Below the pieces are notes generated by a model that was not told the origin of the DNA, did not search any database, and saw only the letters and a program-made list of their open reading frames with translations. Of a DNA stretch of 64,000 nt, positions 14,515-30,293 are shown in pieces. The stretch covers positions 12,958,001 through 13,022,000 of the forward strand of contig OX597832.1 of NCBI GenBank assembly GCA_951406725.2, in the 5' to 3' direction. This DNA is from Octopus vulgaris (taxonomy: Eukaryota). Numbering within the stretch: the stretch's first letter is position 1; each line of letters starts with the position of its first letter. Position numbers and translations under genes: made by a program.

Positions 14515-15821
14515 CACATATATATATATATACCATATATATGGTGTATTTATATGTGTGTGAATATATATATATATATATATATACATACACATATATT
14601 CATATGTATAGTACAATGATGCATGCACACACAAACCAAGCACACACACACACACTAATCACACACACAGACACACACACGAACATTGAGAAACGGCTTA
14701 AGTTTTCAATAATTCCATTCACTTATCTCAAGAATGTTTGAACCTTGAATGTGTCTCCTAAGCCAAAATCTGACCAAATGTATGTTATTAGCCTTCTTGG
14801 AAATGTTAAAATTGGGCAGCATATAACAATGTTTAAATTTTGTGCTTCTGATAGGTCGAAAATATTTCAAATTATCTAGTCACAATAGAATTTTATTGGT
14901 GAATAAATAGAAAATTTAGCAATTGGTGACAGAGCTATTAAACCGTTAACGTAAGATTGATCGGTAAAATTGTATCCAATAATAGATAGAACTGTGATTT
15001 TAATTGAATGTAAATGAACCGTGGCTAGCGCTGAACTGTGACTGAAATATTGCAAAAGTTGGCGATAATAAGCGCGTCTTCAAGCTTCAGTGATATGTAA
15101 TAGAGCGAATGAATGTTGCTTTCGTATTTTATAAGTGTACCGATTAAATAAGTTCCTTCAATAAGTAACTAGATAGGAAATGTTGAAAAACCTAATGTTG
15201 TAAATGTGGAACTGAGCAATCATTTAGTAGAATTTTCTGCTTCGTCCACAATAACGAAAAATACGTATTTGAGAAGTGGAAATAGAAAAGATAATATAGA
15301 TTAGTAAATAGATACACATACAAAGACGTATATAGTCGTAAGTCCCCCATATAGAAACACACGCATAAATACATACAGCAACTTACATACATGTGACGCA
15401 TCGGGTTTTCATCATTATTTAAATGATGGGCAATAAAATGTTGAATTAGTTATGTGCTATCCCGTAAGGTCATTATGACATTTCAACTTACAAGTGTAGC
15501 ATTCTACTGACGCATGAACATACGTACATACACACACACACACGCACGCCCGAGCTAGCGGTAGCACATACACGTATTGTGAGTGTCGAAAATTCATGAC
15601 AATTAGCTATGTAGTATCGAAAATTGCGTTGATAATCCTACTGGTGAACGTAATAAATATTCATTATGTATATATGAATATAAATTTATGATTTTCTATG
15701 AATATATCCATAGACACACGCACACACACACATATATACATACACACATATACACATACATACATACATACAGACAGACAGACATATATATACATACACA
15801 TATATATACACTAGATATACA

Positions 15822-15878
<57 letters not shown>

Positions 15879-16792
15879 CATACATACATGGAAATGTACA
15901 TGGATATGTATGTATGTAAAGTACTCTTTGATACTCATATTTATATTCATATACAGTCCATGAATATTTATTATAACACCAATAGGATTAGTAGTACATT
16001 TTTAGACTATAAGTTAGAAATCGGTATGACCCTTTGACCCAAAAGTTTTCAGACGAAAATAGAAAACCGTGTATATATGTAAAGTAGTGTGGTTGGATTT
16101 TTGACCCGCAAACAGATAGTTTCCCGATGTATCTAAGTGTGTCTCTCTTATCATAGTCGACCAAGGTACTTCAGGAGAAATTTCTTTGGAGGCTGTGTGG
16201 AAGGCTCGTCAAACATAGATGAGAGCAACCTTCATGCAACCCATTTTTTTGCTTGAACCACGCGGTTGAATGCCCGCAAGTATCACATAATTTGTCTTAA
16301 CTGAAATTACTTCTTTGCAAGTAGTCGCGTATGCTCGTTGATTTCCGCAACCATCTCGGTGCTTCTGAAAAACATCAGAGGTGTTACAGTATTACATCTT
16401 AATTGTATGTAATAAAAATATGCCCATACGTTTAGAATCTCGCATGAATTCTTTCACTGATAACGGCACCCTTTAAAGATATTTTTTTAAAAAGCTGTTT
16501 ATTCTAATATAGAGCTAAGCTCCCTCGATGAAATGGTTTCTATTGGCAAGGCAAATTTCTTGGAGATAAAACTTCTTGTCATTACATTTTTAAAAGATTT
16601 AAACGATACAATTTTATATTGAACTACCAAAATTTTTGTTGGTAAAAGAAATGTGAGGGCAGTGACCACAGAGCTGTGGTTAAATGTCTGCTTCTGTCAC
16701 GTAAACATTACTACGCTGACCTTTTCAGGCAGTTTATTCTCAGAGAGAAAGAGAAGGTGGAGAGGTGAAGAGAGGGATATATATATATATAT

Positions 16793-16830
<38 letters not shown>

Positions 16831-17001
16831 TCATTTATTTTTCAGCATAGAAAGGATTAAAGAAAAAGATTGCCTATGCAAAACCTCGGTAGGATTTGAA
16901 CTTAGAGAGCAGAGAAACGGGACATTTCCAGCAGAGTATTTTATCCAATCTTCTACCCATTCTCTCAATTTGCTACCTTAGAACAATCGATCATTATAAT
17001 C

Positions 17002-17310
17002 TATCAGGTTGGGTAAAAATTAAGCAACATTTTGAACCGCTTTATAATTGCAACTTATTCAAACACCTTGTTGGTTTCCTGCGAGAGGAGTTAAAAAATC
17101 AAACCGATGCTGAAAGTGTGATCAAAGAATTCATCAGCTCCAAGACTCCAGATTTTTATGTTACCAGAATAAAGAAACTTGTAACTTATTGACAAAAATG
17201 TGTTGATTGTAACGATGCTTACTTTGATGAATAAAACTTCCGCATTGTTAAAATATATTGTGATGAATTTCAGGTTTAAAAATATTGCTCACTTTTTACA
17301 CAGCCTGATA
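17002..17310 (+). mobile_element. Internally deleted mariner (Hsmar1/cecropia-like C-terminus), about 310 bp with both TIRs
   Basis: TIRs tatcaggttgggtaaaaattaagcaacattttgaacc and (rev-comp) tatcaggctgtgtaaaaagtgagcaatatttttaaacc, with TA ends. Peptide LFKHLVGFLREELKNQTDAESVIKEFISSKTPDFYVTRIKKLVTY*QKCVDCNDAYFDE resembles the mariner transposase C-terminus. Confidence 0.85.
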
Positions 17311-17639
17311 TTTCAGTGATATATTTATATTAATATGTATACAGAATAGTGTTCCACCGTCGTCGAGTTATCTTTTCATCCTTTCGGAGTCTGTTGATAC
17401 TGCACCAAAATTTGAAACCACGTAGTTAAAGTACTGTCCGATAATAGTGTATTTGTATTTATTATGCTCTAAAAAACTTGTCTTCTACCAAGTGCCCTAC
17501 AGTATAAATATACATTTTATTGTTTGGAATCAGCTTCTCGCTTATGAAGCAGACCTAGGAGCAAAATTTTTCGAATGGTGGCCACCTAAATAGATTATAC
17601 TTTTGTAAGGTTGGTTCGTATTATCCAGTCCCTTCTTCC

Positions 17640-18036
17640 TTCATTGAGGATGTTTTCTTCGGTGGTAGCAGCTGTTGGACGTTCAGGCGTTGGATCAGCT
17701 TCAAGACTCTCCCTTCCCCTCCTAAATTCAGCTGCCCACTTTTGCACTGTTGATAAAGCTAGAACACCATCGTCAGATGTAGCAACCATTTCAGCCTGAT
17801 TGACTTGGAGACTAAACCGTTTATCCGCATACCAAGATGTCACATTTGGTCCATTTTCAAAACAAGTCGCTACTACTAACAATTGAAGTTTTCTTTGAAC
17901 TGTCAGATATCAATCTACCTGAACACAAACAACGGAGTTATCAACAACAGGAGTTGAAATTAATGCCTGTAGGATCTCACAGCTTTAGCATCACGCCTTC
18001 TTAGTGGCTGTATGACATTTTCAACTCACTCTCGTA
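17640..18036 (-). mobile_element. Mariner 5' fragment (TIR plus N-terminal HTH remnant)
   Basis: Peptide MVATSDDGVLALSTVQKWAAEFRRGRESLEADPTPERPTAATTEENI (mariner STVxKWxxEFxRGRxSLxDDPRSGRP motif); TIR-like tacgagagtgagttgaaaatg on the minus strand from 18036. Confidence 0.8.
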
Positions 18037-19457
18037 AAATTCGGTGAGCTGAAACTGTAGGAAACACAAACACACACAAACACACTCAGACATGCACACA
18101 CATACACCCACACACACACAAGCATGCATATGTATTTGAGCATGTAGGCGTGTCTGTGTCTGAATCCATGTGGTTATTTATGTATACTTGCGTACTTCGG
18201 TAGAAATTTGATTTTCCTTTACTCCTTAAGAACTGGCAACGGCATACAGAAATACGAAACTCAAACAGAGATCAACTATTCGAAGAATACGGGGGGATAA
18301 TATCGGGGAGGCAATAAGCAATGGTCTTGATATATATATTATATATGAAGACCATTATAATCATGACTAATATAGTCTGTAGACCAATGGCTAATACTAG
18401 TGAAAGTGAGTGACAATACTCGACATTCCTTTATTATTGTCGATGCATCTCTGCGTTTAGCATTAATGGTAAAATTTGCATTAGAAGCATAATAAAAAAA
18501 AAAGCGTTCCCATTCTTAATCTAATAAACGTCAAAATGAGACATTTGCGAATATAAATTAAACTAAATTTAAGGGAAAGCGTCGTGACTGATAAAATTCG
18601 TTAGATAATAATTATTTCATATAATGCCATAGTCTTCCTTTACTGGGAGATGGATATTATGTTGAATGTATGTTGAATTCAGTTACGTTGAAAAGAATAC
18701 GGCTGAAGTATATTTAAAGGTTTTGTCACACGTTCAGTGAAGATATACAGGTGCGTGTATAAATTTGTCTGCAAGAAATTGGCTTTATAACTACGAGGAT
18801 ACAGATCAATGCCTGCACAGGCTACTACGGACAATAGATTTTTCAAAGTATGGTCAATGGTGATGGTGGTAGTGGTGGTGGCTGGGGGTTAATCTCTACA
18901 AAAGATTGGTAGAATTCTGTAATTAAAATACGTACAGGAGATGGTCGAACAAATAGTCATGTCCCGTATAAGTTTATGTGGGTCTTACGGTAACGTGGGC
19001 TTCGATTAATTGAAAATACATATAATACAACATCTGAATGAGATGTTTGTCAATCTGCAATTTATATATGAATAGGGGATAGTGGTGAATAGCAAATAAG
19101 CTAAGCTCTTCATATTTATTTGCATGGGGAAGGATCCGTAATGTCAACCTCACTGTATACCTCTGCAACATTATAAAGTATTGAACCAAACACACATCAG
19201 GATTGCACACATGCGTGTATATTCATAAGCTCGATAGATATATTAAATATTTTTCATCACAAATATAGACAGGGGAGATAGAATGTCAGAGATTGGGTTT
19301 ACAGATTTTTGAAATTTGTGAAGGAAATGTCTGACTGCACGTGCTAAATCTATAGAGAATATTCAGAGTAAATGAAGTTCACCATCTGTATCTCGATACG
19401 ATCAATGAATTTCAGCAGATTTTATATAAATATATACTTATACACACGCATAAACAC

Positions 19458-19525
<68 letters not shown>

Positions 19526-19529
19526 GCAT

Positions 19530-19561
<32 letters not shown>

Positions 19562-19594
19562 TATAGATGCATGTATAGCTAGATAGACAGATAT

Positions 19595-19628
<34 letters not shown>

Positions 19629-19629
19629 G

Positions 19630-19714
<85 letters not shown>

Positions 19715-19722
19715 ATAGATGC

Positions 19723-19782
<60 letters not shown>
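19458..19782. repeat. Long interrupted (GATA)n array
   Basis: Direct observation. Confidence 0.95.
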
Positions 19783-19783
<1 letters not shown>

Positions 19784-20758
19784 CATACAGACACACAGAC
19801 AGACACACGGATAGACATATGCGAATGTATAAAAATATCTAAATCTTGGTTGACACAATTTGCCAATATAAGACTTCTCTAGAATTCTGACAAAGCAATC
19901 TGATTAGATATTTGCTTATATGCACACAAGGTTTTCTTCTAGTCTCCTCCACCTTTTCTTTCTCTTTTATTTATTCGTTTTTATCGTTTCTAACCGAGGT
20001 TGATATTAATTTCCGTTCTCTATCAATCCCAATTTCTTTCAATACTTCTGTTTCTATGTTAGAGTGAGATAATTCCGTTTTTTTCTTCTGGAAAATTGGT
20101 TTCATCTGGTCGGTTAACAACACCAAATTTACTACTTAATATTGACAAAGTCAAGTACATCATTCTACTAGTGTTTAACTATGGAATTGCATTTCGTCCA
20201 GTAAGTATTAAATAGCGTTCTTTTCTTATCGTATTTTTTTTTTTGCGGTACCAGAGAGGAAAGAATAGAAACTATTACAAAACGGCGTGGTTGAATCTCA
20301 TATAATTGATTTTCTCAAATAGATGTAACGTTGCATACGGCATACATTCCAGTGCACTAGCGATAATGCTATAAAATATAACTTCAGGTAATCTCCGGAC
20401 GTTAGTAAGTTTAGTGTTTAGATTCAAAATACTTCATTATTTATTCTGTAAACGAAGCCATTCTATTAGGTTCCATGTAAATGTGTTTGAAACGTATTGT
20501 ACAAAATATTAAAAGAATATTCATGAAAGCTATCAGGAATTTTCCATAAAATACAAAGTCTCAAATCTCATGCAAATACACATGTGTGTAAGAGCTAACA
20601 TAAAAAAATATCAGTGATATTGCTCAATCAGCTAGAAACAGCAGTAACATATGATGTTTTCAGGTATGCTGCAAAATGTAGACCCTTGATACGCTAATCG
20701 CAGCGAACAGACGGTATGGGTATGTGTGAAACTTTTGATCACAAGTCTACTAATAAAG

Positions 20759-20809
<51 letters not shown>

Positions 20810-20843
20810 CATATGGATGCATATATATATACATACATATGGA

Positions 20844-20901
<58 letters not shown>

Positions 20902-22568
20902 TAGAGAGAGAGAGAGAGAGAGAGAAAGAGATAGGGTAAATATATATATATAGTTAGATAAATTGTGAGGGAGAGAGAAAGAGAGAGAGAGAAAATACTA
21001 ATAAGCTGTCTGAATGAATAACACATTCAGGCATATTCATACATTACAGTAGAAATGCTTTTACGAAGCTTATAATATTTAGGAATTTTAGACCATTGTT
21101 CAGTCTTACTACTGTGAAATATCGATAAATATTTATACAAAAATTTAGTATCAAACAATTCCTAACTTCTGAAACTTTGGAAAATATAATATCATATAAA
21201 CAACGACGATTTTCTTTTCCTTATTCGGATGTGGTAAATGTCGAAAGTTCAATAATATCTTAAGGGACATTTCTAAATTACGTGATGTGTGTTTGATCCA
21301 TCATGGAATCACAAACGAGATTGTTATCTCAAATATGCTATGCATTTCTCTACGTCGTGCCGTAAGTGTTTAAACATTAAAACAATTTTTCACGAGATGC
21401 TTAGTAGTTTCAATGTATTATCTCTGAACTGAGAAAAATGAATATAATCTTGATACTGTAATATTTCCCATAGTTCTAGCAACAAAAGTTGGTTTAAATT
21501 ATGGGCATCTATTTCTCAGTTAGTCATCTTCGTAATTGTAGTCCTCATTTCAGTCTTGGAGATAAGGATTTGGTTAAAGATTTAAGATTATATCTTAGAA
21601 TATATCTTCTGTAAAATGGAAGTCTTGAGAACTGAATCCAAACATTACTAGCATTGTTGCTGCTAAAATTCTACGAAAACAAAGAATCATTTCCAGCAAA
21701 GATGATGTAGTAGTTGTGTCTAAAAAATATATTAAATTTTATTTATTAAAAAAAAATGTCTTGCAAGTAATTATATATAATTGCCGAAAAAATATACATA
21801 ATTTAATTATAAATGATTTGGTTCTTTTTCAAAACGATTTGAATTTTAGTGGAGATGATTGTGATAAATCGTTCGAAATTTTACAAAAGACTGTTTTCTC
21901 ATTTAAGAATGTGCCGGTAGTAATTTCTCTGGGAAAAGAATAAGAAAGAGATATACATATTTTAACTCCTGAGTATATTAGTCGATTCAGATACTCATGG
22001 AAAATCACCTTTTATTATTAAAGTATTTAGAAAGCCTTTAAATGATTACCAGGGAACATTTTGAAATTTATACAAATTATGAAAAGTAATTTTCGTATTA
22101 AGTGTTTCGAAAATTAAGGACGCCAATTGCAGTAGTGTTATAAAATGTTTTACGAGATGAATGTAAAATGCTTAACGCGAATAAGAAAAGTCTATAAAAT
22201 TTTTCAGGTTATAACTGGCATATGGTATAAAGATTTTAAATAAAGTCACTTCTATATGAAATATTAATATCATAGCGTTTCCTTATCGCACATTTTATAA
22301 GATATAAAATGCCAGCATTCTTTAATAGAAAGAATTACCATATAAATTTGCTTTGAAGATATAATGCTGCAGAATAAATACCATATATATATGTCCATAT
22401 AAGTATTATACATGTGTACATACTACATTCATATATGTGTAGATGTACTAACATATATGTGTGTGTGTGAAAGAGAGAGAGAGAGAGAGACAGAGAGAGA
22501 AAGTGTGTGTGCATGTCTGTGAATATATATATATATATCTTTATATATGTATGTATGTATGTATGTAA

Positions 22569-22604
<36 letters not shown>

Positions 22605-22695
22605 CATACATATAAGAGGGAATTTGGAAACACTTATGCTAGAAGAAGTTCCGCTAATTGTAATTTATATATATATTTTATATATATATATATAC

Positions 22696-22737
<42 letters not shown>

Positions 22738-24633
22738 AGAGGGAGAGAGGAAGAGAGATATAAGTGTGTGTGGGTGGGTATTTGAGTGGGTGTTGTGTGT
22801 GTGCGTCTGTGCGTGCGCGTGTAGAGTGGTGACTGTGTTTAGAAACGGCGTATAATCTGCTTGATGCATGAATTAGGAATTCCATGTTCTATCATGTGTT
22901 GAAGCTTCTTGAAATCTATTTGGAACTCAGAATTTCTCGTTAGTGATTCTTCGAAAGACTGAAGCACTGAAGTAGCGTAACAATGCATTAGCATACATAT
23001 TCGCAAACATATAAAACTATGATGAGTTAACTGTGAATGCATAAAATGCTTAATTCCCACACTAGAATATTTGTCACTCTATGAAAATATATTTCAGTAA
23101 ATTCGTCACTATTTTGAAATATTTCGGATATCATTGAAGACGAAGGTACACGTGCTGTCGTTTACATTGCAGTGTTATCTTATATTTTGATGTGCCTGCG
23201 AAAACCTCTGCTTCTCTAATGTTACGCTGCTTCCCTTTAAGAGCCTTTAACGTGGGATGCCTCTTACACATGCACACACCCGTACACAAGTATACAATAT
23301 ATATGTGTGTGTTCTTATCTGTGTGTTTTTATGTGTGTGTGTATGTAAATATATATATGTATATATATATATATTTACACCGGAGTAAACACATAAATGT
23401 GAAACAAGGTGGAAAAAAGAGTGCTCAAATACCAGTGGTAGAGTAATATGCTTTATTTAAAGCAGCAGAAAATTCAGCAAAACCTGTTACTCTGAGTTTC
23501 CCGTTGCTTTAAATAAAGTATATATATATATTTATATATATATACATTTATATATACATTCATTCACACATACGTTTATGTGAATGTATGCATGTATGAA
23601 ATTATATGTGTATAGGAGTATATTTTATGTGTGTGTATATTGTGCATAGATAAATAATAGACAGATAGGTATGAGTGTATAGGTGTGTGTGTGTGTGTAT
23701 GCGTGTGCACTCGTATGAGCGTGCGTGTGAATCTGTTTTATTTGAGGGACATTGTTCAAAATCTGCAACGTGGTGCAGTTAATCCTTTGTTAATTTGATC
23801 ATAAATACAATTTGAAATTTTATATATTAAGCGTACCATATTGGCAAAGAGAGTCCATTTTCTGTAGAGTTTATAGTAGCTAATTACTACAAGAGGCCAA
23901 ACCATACATCATGTTTTATATATAATTTGCATTTCGACGCGATATAATTTGTTGTGATCTTTAGCTATGGGTTTACTTTATTTTCTTTTTCAATACGTGG
24001 CTCAAAGTAACGCTCAAGTATTTCAGCTTTGAGCAATAAATTTTATGTATTATCTCATCCATTATATTTATGTATTCAATTCACTGATATTTGATAAATT
24101 GTGCATGTTTTCTATGTTTAATCATTACTGCATGGTGTCTATTTTGTCAACGACTATATGTGAATATTTGTTTATATACACTATCTCATTACTTCTCATC
24201 CGAATCTATGGTATATATGTTTAAAATTGTTGGTACTTAAATATAACATACAAACCATCCATTATTCTACAATCAAATCTAACATCCACACACATATATT
24301 CAATCAAATGCACACATATACATATTAAATTATATACTTACGTATAGATGTGTTTGCGCATGTGTGAAGAAAGGCAAGGAGCGTGAAATTGGGAGGTAAA
24401 GAATAGTTTATCATTTCATATGTATGACATTCTAGACTATATTTCGGGCACCCATATATACACACAGACAGACTCATATACACATTATACCACTATACAG
24501 CACACATATTTCGGTGCCTGAGAAGTGATCCTATATATATATGTGTGTGTGTGTGTGTGTATGTATATATATATATCGTTTTTGGAGTTGGTTTGCAAGA
24601 TTATTTATATGAGTTCGTGTGTTGAAGCATATT

Positions 24634-24884
24634 CTGTTGTGTCTGGGGAGAGTCATTTTCTTTTTGTGACTTACTATTTAACACACTCACCGGTACAATT
24701 TCCACTTTTTTTTTCTTTTTATTGTCCTAAAATTTTCGTTGTGTCTTGCAACCTTTTCAATAGTTTTGATTCTCTGTCCTAAAATTTTAGGACAATGAAA
24801 ATATGAAAAAAAGCGGAAATTTTACCGGTGAATGTGTTAAATAATAAGGCACAAAAAGAAAATGACTCTCCCCAGACACAACAG
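24634..24884. repeat. Fold-back inverted repeat, ~103-bp arms (24634-24736 / 24781-24884), in a (TA)n-flanked element
   Basis: ctgttgtgtctggggagagtcattttctttttgtg...attgtcctaaaatttt vs aaaattttaggacaat...cacaaaaagaaaatgactctccccagacacaacag. Confidence 0.85.
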
Positions 24885-26809
24885 TATATATATATATTGT
24901 TAGTGTAAGGAAAGGGAAGAAATATTTAAGATATTTCAATAATCACTAAATATTGTAGACATGTTACTCAGCATTTACGTATGTGTAAATGTAGCTTTTA
25001 GCCTTATCATTTCGCCACATAGTCTCCGTTCAGGTGTTCTTCCAGTTGGTCTCTTCTTTGTGGTGGACACAATCTCAGAACAATCGTTTTAGAATCACAG
25101 CAGTAGAGCCTCAGAGCGAAATATATACATTAATCATGCTTGCTCGTTTCTAGCAGATTTTGCTCTTCAAGTGACTTCGAGTTCTGTGACTATGCGATTT
25201 CGGAATAGAGAAATCATTTTTCTCCTCTGCCGGAAAGAAATACTACGCAGTGATGTTGATGTAGCTGTGGAAAGCGTCTACGGTAAAATGTCATATTTCA
25301 GTTGGACATTAATAGGGGATACAAATCTATCTTTGGCCCTTATGGCTTTTCGCAGAAAGGCATCATCATTGTAAATGTGATAAAATGCGATGCAGCAAAC
25401 CCCTTTGATACACCATCCAATGTTAAAGTTGCATGGATGAATCCAGTCGGAAAGTTACTCGTGCTTCTGTAGGGGACAATAGAGTTCATTGAGACAGAAC
25501 TCGAGAAAGGAACAGGGGCCTATGAAAACATTGTTTGTATGTGGCCTGTGTCTGCGTCTTGTGAAATTTTGGGAGGGTTACTTTCCTTGGTGTGTGTGAG
25601 TGTGTGTAACTTGATCAAATTCCGAGGAATGAGCGTAGTTCGTTAATGACAGGGTAATATAGGAAAGTATGTTTGAGCAGTTCTGTCAATTGCTAGGTGG
25701 TGCAGAAACGTGCTGGTATTTGTGAGTTGAGCGGTTTCCCATGCACTTGGATCGATTTGCTTACTTATGAGTAACCTCCCCCATTAATATTCTACACAGT
25801 AAAACTGATCAACTAAAAAACTGTGTGTGCGTGCGTGTGCGCTGTTGTGTGTCCGTGTGGGTGTGTGGGTGTGAATGTCTGAATGTATTGGTATATATGA
25901 ATGCATGCAAATGTACTTAAGTCTTGATGGATGAAACATTAAAATCATGATTAGTGTGAATGAAATTGGTATTTTATTAATTGATTATAACTTATATAAT
26001 CTATAATAAAGTTTATACAAAGTGGGGTGGAGGTATCTAGTAGAACAATTTGCAATCTTAAAATATAGTACACACAACATGCACACATACGAGATTTATA
26101 ACTATATACATCACCAAATTATATCTTACATTTTAGAATCGCATCATATATTATCCATACATACATACATGCATACCTACATACATATAATTACGCATAC
26201 ATAAATACACATAGATGCACTCACAAACACACGAAAAATATATGTATGTATATACAAATATATAATGAGCTTTCCTATTAGGTTTTATTGCCTTGTATGT
26301 TATTTTATGCATTAGTAGGCGCGTTCTTAAGCTTTACATTCTGTAGTTGTGTGTGTCTTTTATTGACTTTTTAGCTTGTCATACATAGCTGGTTTTCTTC
26401 ATCTTATACCTAGTAGTTATTGTACTTTTCTTATTATTCTTCTCATTATTTTCATCATTATATACAATCTTATTGTTTTGTTCTTTTTTTAAATATTTAT
26501 TTTATCACAAATTTACGTAATATCCTAATATATAATCGAATGAGTCAGCCACAAGTCACTCATGGTTCACTAATGTATAGACATTAGCTCACAATATTAA
26601 GATTTGATATTATTTGACATTTTGGAATAATTCGAGGCAATGTCTCTCTTGAATTCTAGTAAATATCAGTCACATATTACTTAATTGTCTTTAAAGCATG
26701 GCATTGGGTCTGAAATTATAAAGACGTGTCTGCATATAACCTTTTAGTGAAGTCTTTGTGTCTCAGTGATTGGTAGAGAATTTTAAAAGTTGCTACTTAT
26801 TCGAAATAT

Positions 26810-26810
26810 C

Positions 26811-26868
<58 letters not shown>

Positions 26869-27240
26869 ATATATGTATGTATATATGTATATATATGTAT
26901 GTATATATGTATATATATTTATGTATATATGTATATATATGTATGTATATATGTATATATATATATGTATATATGTATATAAGTATATATATGTATGTAT
27001 ATATGTATATATATGTATGTATATATGAATATATATATATATGTATATATATATATATGTATATATGTATATATACGTATATATGTATATGCATACATAT
27101 ATTTATATACATACATGTGTATATATTCATATATGTATATATATATATATACGTAAGTATATATATATATATATATATCATATGTACATACATATATATA
27201 TATGTATGTATGTATGTATATATATATATTTAATGTATAT
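26810..27240. repeat. Compound (TA)n/(TATG)n low-complexity tract; similar tracts at ~28020-28483 and ~28905-29300
   Basis: Direct observation. Confidence 0.95.
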
Positions 27241-28199
27241 ATGATATTTTCATAAGAGTAATAAAAGAAATATAACGAACACATCAATTACATATAGATA
27301 TTTTAGATTGTAGACACAATTCTATATGCCACGATAACGCATGTCATTTATCAAAATTTGATCACCCCAAATGGTTTTCTCGTATATTTTGAGATATTTA
27401 GAATTATTGAAATATAATAATTATTTAAGGTTTATCCGTATATCATCTTTCTATATAATTGGAAATTAATTTATATTTTGGTGCTGAGGTTTCAATTTCA
27501 TTATACTTAATTAATCATTGCAGTTTTCTTTTTTGCTAATGAAGATATAAGATTTTAAATGATCTTTCTAAAACGTATATACAACATCTGATTTTTGAAA
27601 CATATATCAAGATATTTTATATTTCGTTGTTGAAAATTGATATTTAGTAAAGTGTATTTATTTTGTTGGTATTAAGGACGTTTGTTATGAAAATAATGTA
27701 TGGCTCTGGCAAATATCTCATTTTTTATTAATTGCAAAGGGTCATAGATGAGCGAAGATTTATAGTAAATGAATATTTTTATGTCTGTTTTTGAGTTCCA
27801 TGATTTACCGTGTAAGCATGCTTCTTTTAAAATTTTCCTTGTGTGTTTCACGGTACTACGCACTTTAGATTTCTCCATATGATCATTGTCGATATCCATA
27901 TACGCTCCATGTCCCAGGGAAAAATATGCATGGTTCTATGTCCGACGTTAGATTGTCTGCGTGAATGTCTAAACAGCATGTAATATGGACACTTAACATG
28001 TGCGTGTGTGTCTATGAGTGTGTACATATATATATATATATATACACATACATATCCATATACATGTATATATATATACATATACATATGTATACATGTC
28101 TATATGCATATATATGTATATATAATTATATATATATAAATATTTATATATGAATGTATATATATATATATATGTATGTATATAATGTATACATATATG

Positions 28200-28260
<61 letters not shown>

Positions 28261-28310
28261 GTATACATATATATATATGAATATATGAATATATATATAT
28301 AAGTATGTAT

Positions 28311-28354
<44 letters not shown>

Positions 28355-28415
28355 ATATATATATATGTATATATATGTATATATATATATGTATATATGT
28401 ATATATTTATATATG

Positions 28416-28486
<71 letters not shown>

Positions 28487-28897
28487 CAGACATGCTTGAG
28501 GGAAATAAATGATTATTGAAAAGATCTGTACGTATATATATTTCCTCGCTTGCTGGTCTCGTACGTCTTATATGTGCATTTGTGCATGTTTTATTACAAA
28601 TATATCATTAATATTCAACTTAGAATTCATCTTGATGTTTTTTTTCAAATTGATATTTATATGCTTAACCAAATTTATAATATTTTTTATTGTATATATA
28701 TATATATATTATTTCACATGTATATTTCTGATTGTTCGTCTATTTCGTGTAAATTTCAATATTTTGTTTTAATGATATTTGTATTATATGCCCATTGTTT
28801 ATATGCCTATCTTAAATAATTTTTCTTTTCGTGAATGTAGGATATTTCCTCTTGCTTACAAGGACCTCTTCCGACTATTTACAGGTCACATTTTGTG

Positions 28898-29036
<139 letters not shown>

Positions 29037-29063
29037 GTATATATGTATATATGTATATATAAG

Positions 29064-29102
<39 letters not shown>

Positions 29103-29273
29103 ATTTATGTATATATATATATATATTTATGTATATATGTATATATATATATATGAATATATATGTATATATGTATATATATGTATATATGTATATATAT
29201 GTATATATATATATATGTATATATCATATATTAAATATACGTATTTACTGTGTGTCTGTATATATATATATAC

Positions 29274-29304
<31 letters not shown>

Positions 29305-29838
29305 TTAGATACATATGCCTTTTCATAAACATTAATAAAACTGTTCTTTCCTTTGGGATTTAAGTTAGTAGTGCATGCTGAAGTCATGAATATTCAAATT
29401 ATGGAATATTTATAATTTTTGACAATTTTTATTATTTAATATTGTATTTCAACATTTTATATTTTTTTTACCGAGTGATTTTCTCCTAATTTATTTCAAA
29501 ACACCTTTTCGAACTCTAATATTCATGATTGATATTAATACATAATTTATATCAGCCCTGTGTACGACCAGTTTTATTTCATGAGTTACATAGGATAGTA
29601 TTTCTGAAAATGGCTTGTTTCCCTTATAGTCTGGATCTTCCTGTGTATATATCAACCGAACATTATAATGAAATTCTAAATTACGAAAATAATGAACAGC
29701 AGAATTATGAAGTAATGGAACTTGAAATATTTTAGAGCTATTTGTAATTTCTACTTTTAATTACTGCTATTGAACTTAGTAGTCTTATTATCGCATGCAC
29801 ATACATACATGCATACATACATCTGTCGGTCTGTCTAT

Positions 29839-29870
<32 letters not shown>

Positions 29871-30031
29871 CTATCAAACTATACATATAATGCTCACAGC
29901 TACTTCAACATCGCTGTTCCCTTCGAACTAATTTTGCTGCGATTTTTAACCCCAAGAGGACATATCCTTAAGTTAATTAACGATATATTGCACGCAGGGG
30001 AGGGGACCTCAACCGCGTTCTGGCGACGGGA

Positions 30032-30081
30032 CCAGCAGATCAACATGTTTTCGGGGTGCTTCTGCAGCTCTTCAGTACTGG
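30032..30081 (-). ncRNA. Degenerate type-I hammerhead-like motif
   Basis: Minus strand CCAGUA-CUGAAGA-GCUGC-AGAA-GCACCCC-GAAA-ACAUGUUGAUC-UGCUGG: 6-bp stem I (one G-U), core boxes intact, stems II and III partly disrupted. Confidence 0.55.
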
Positions 30082-30165
30082 ACAGCTCGTCTGCTAGAGA
30101 TAGCACTAGCTCGCTTTTAGAACAAGCTTTTGATTGTTTGTATATATATATATATATATATATAT

Positions 30166-30293
30166 ATGATTCAAAGGATTTAGCGGTACATATGTTTCGG
30201 GCCTTTAGACACACATTTACATCAATTATGCATTGTTATAAAACCGTCTAATAAAGGCCCGAAACATATGTACCGCTAAATCCTTTGAATCAT
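30166..30293. repeat. Perfect 42-bp inverted repeat (30166-30207 / 30252-30293) starting at a (TA)n tract
   Basis: atgattcaaaggatttagcggtacatatgtttcgggccttta and its exact reverse complement. Confidence 0.95.

Noticed and set aside
25000-25780. Higher-complexity, GC-richer island; similar ones at ~40250-41570, ~59850-60120 and ~61560-61800
   Set aside because: Probably old transposon fragments, but no protein motif, termini or splice signals could be supported by eye.
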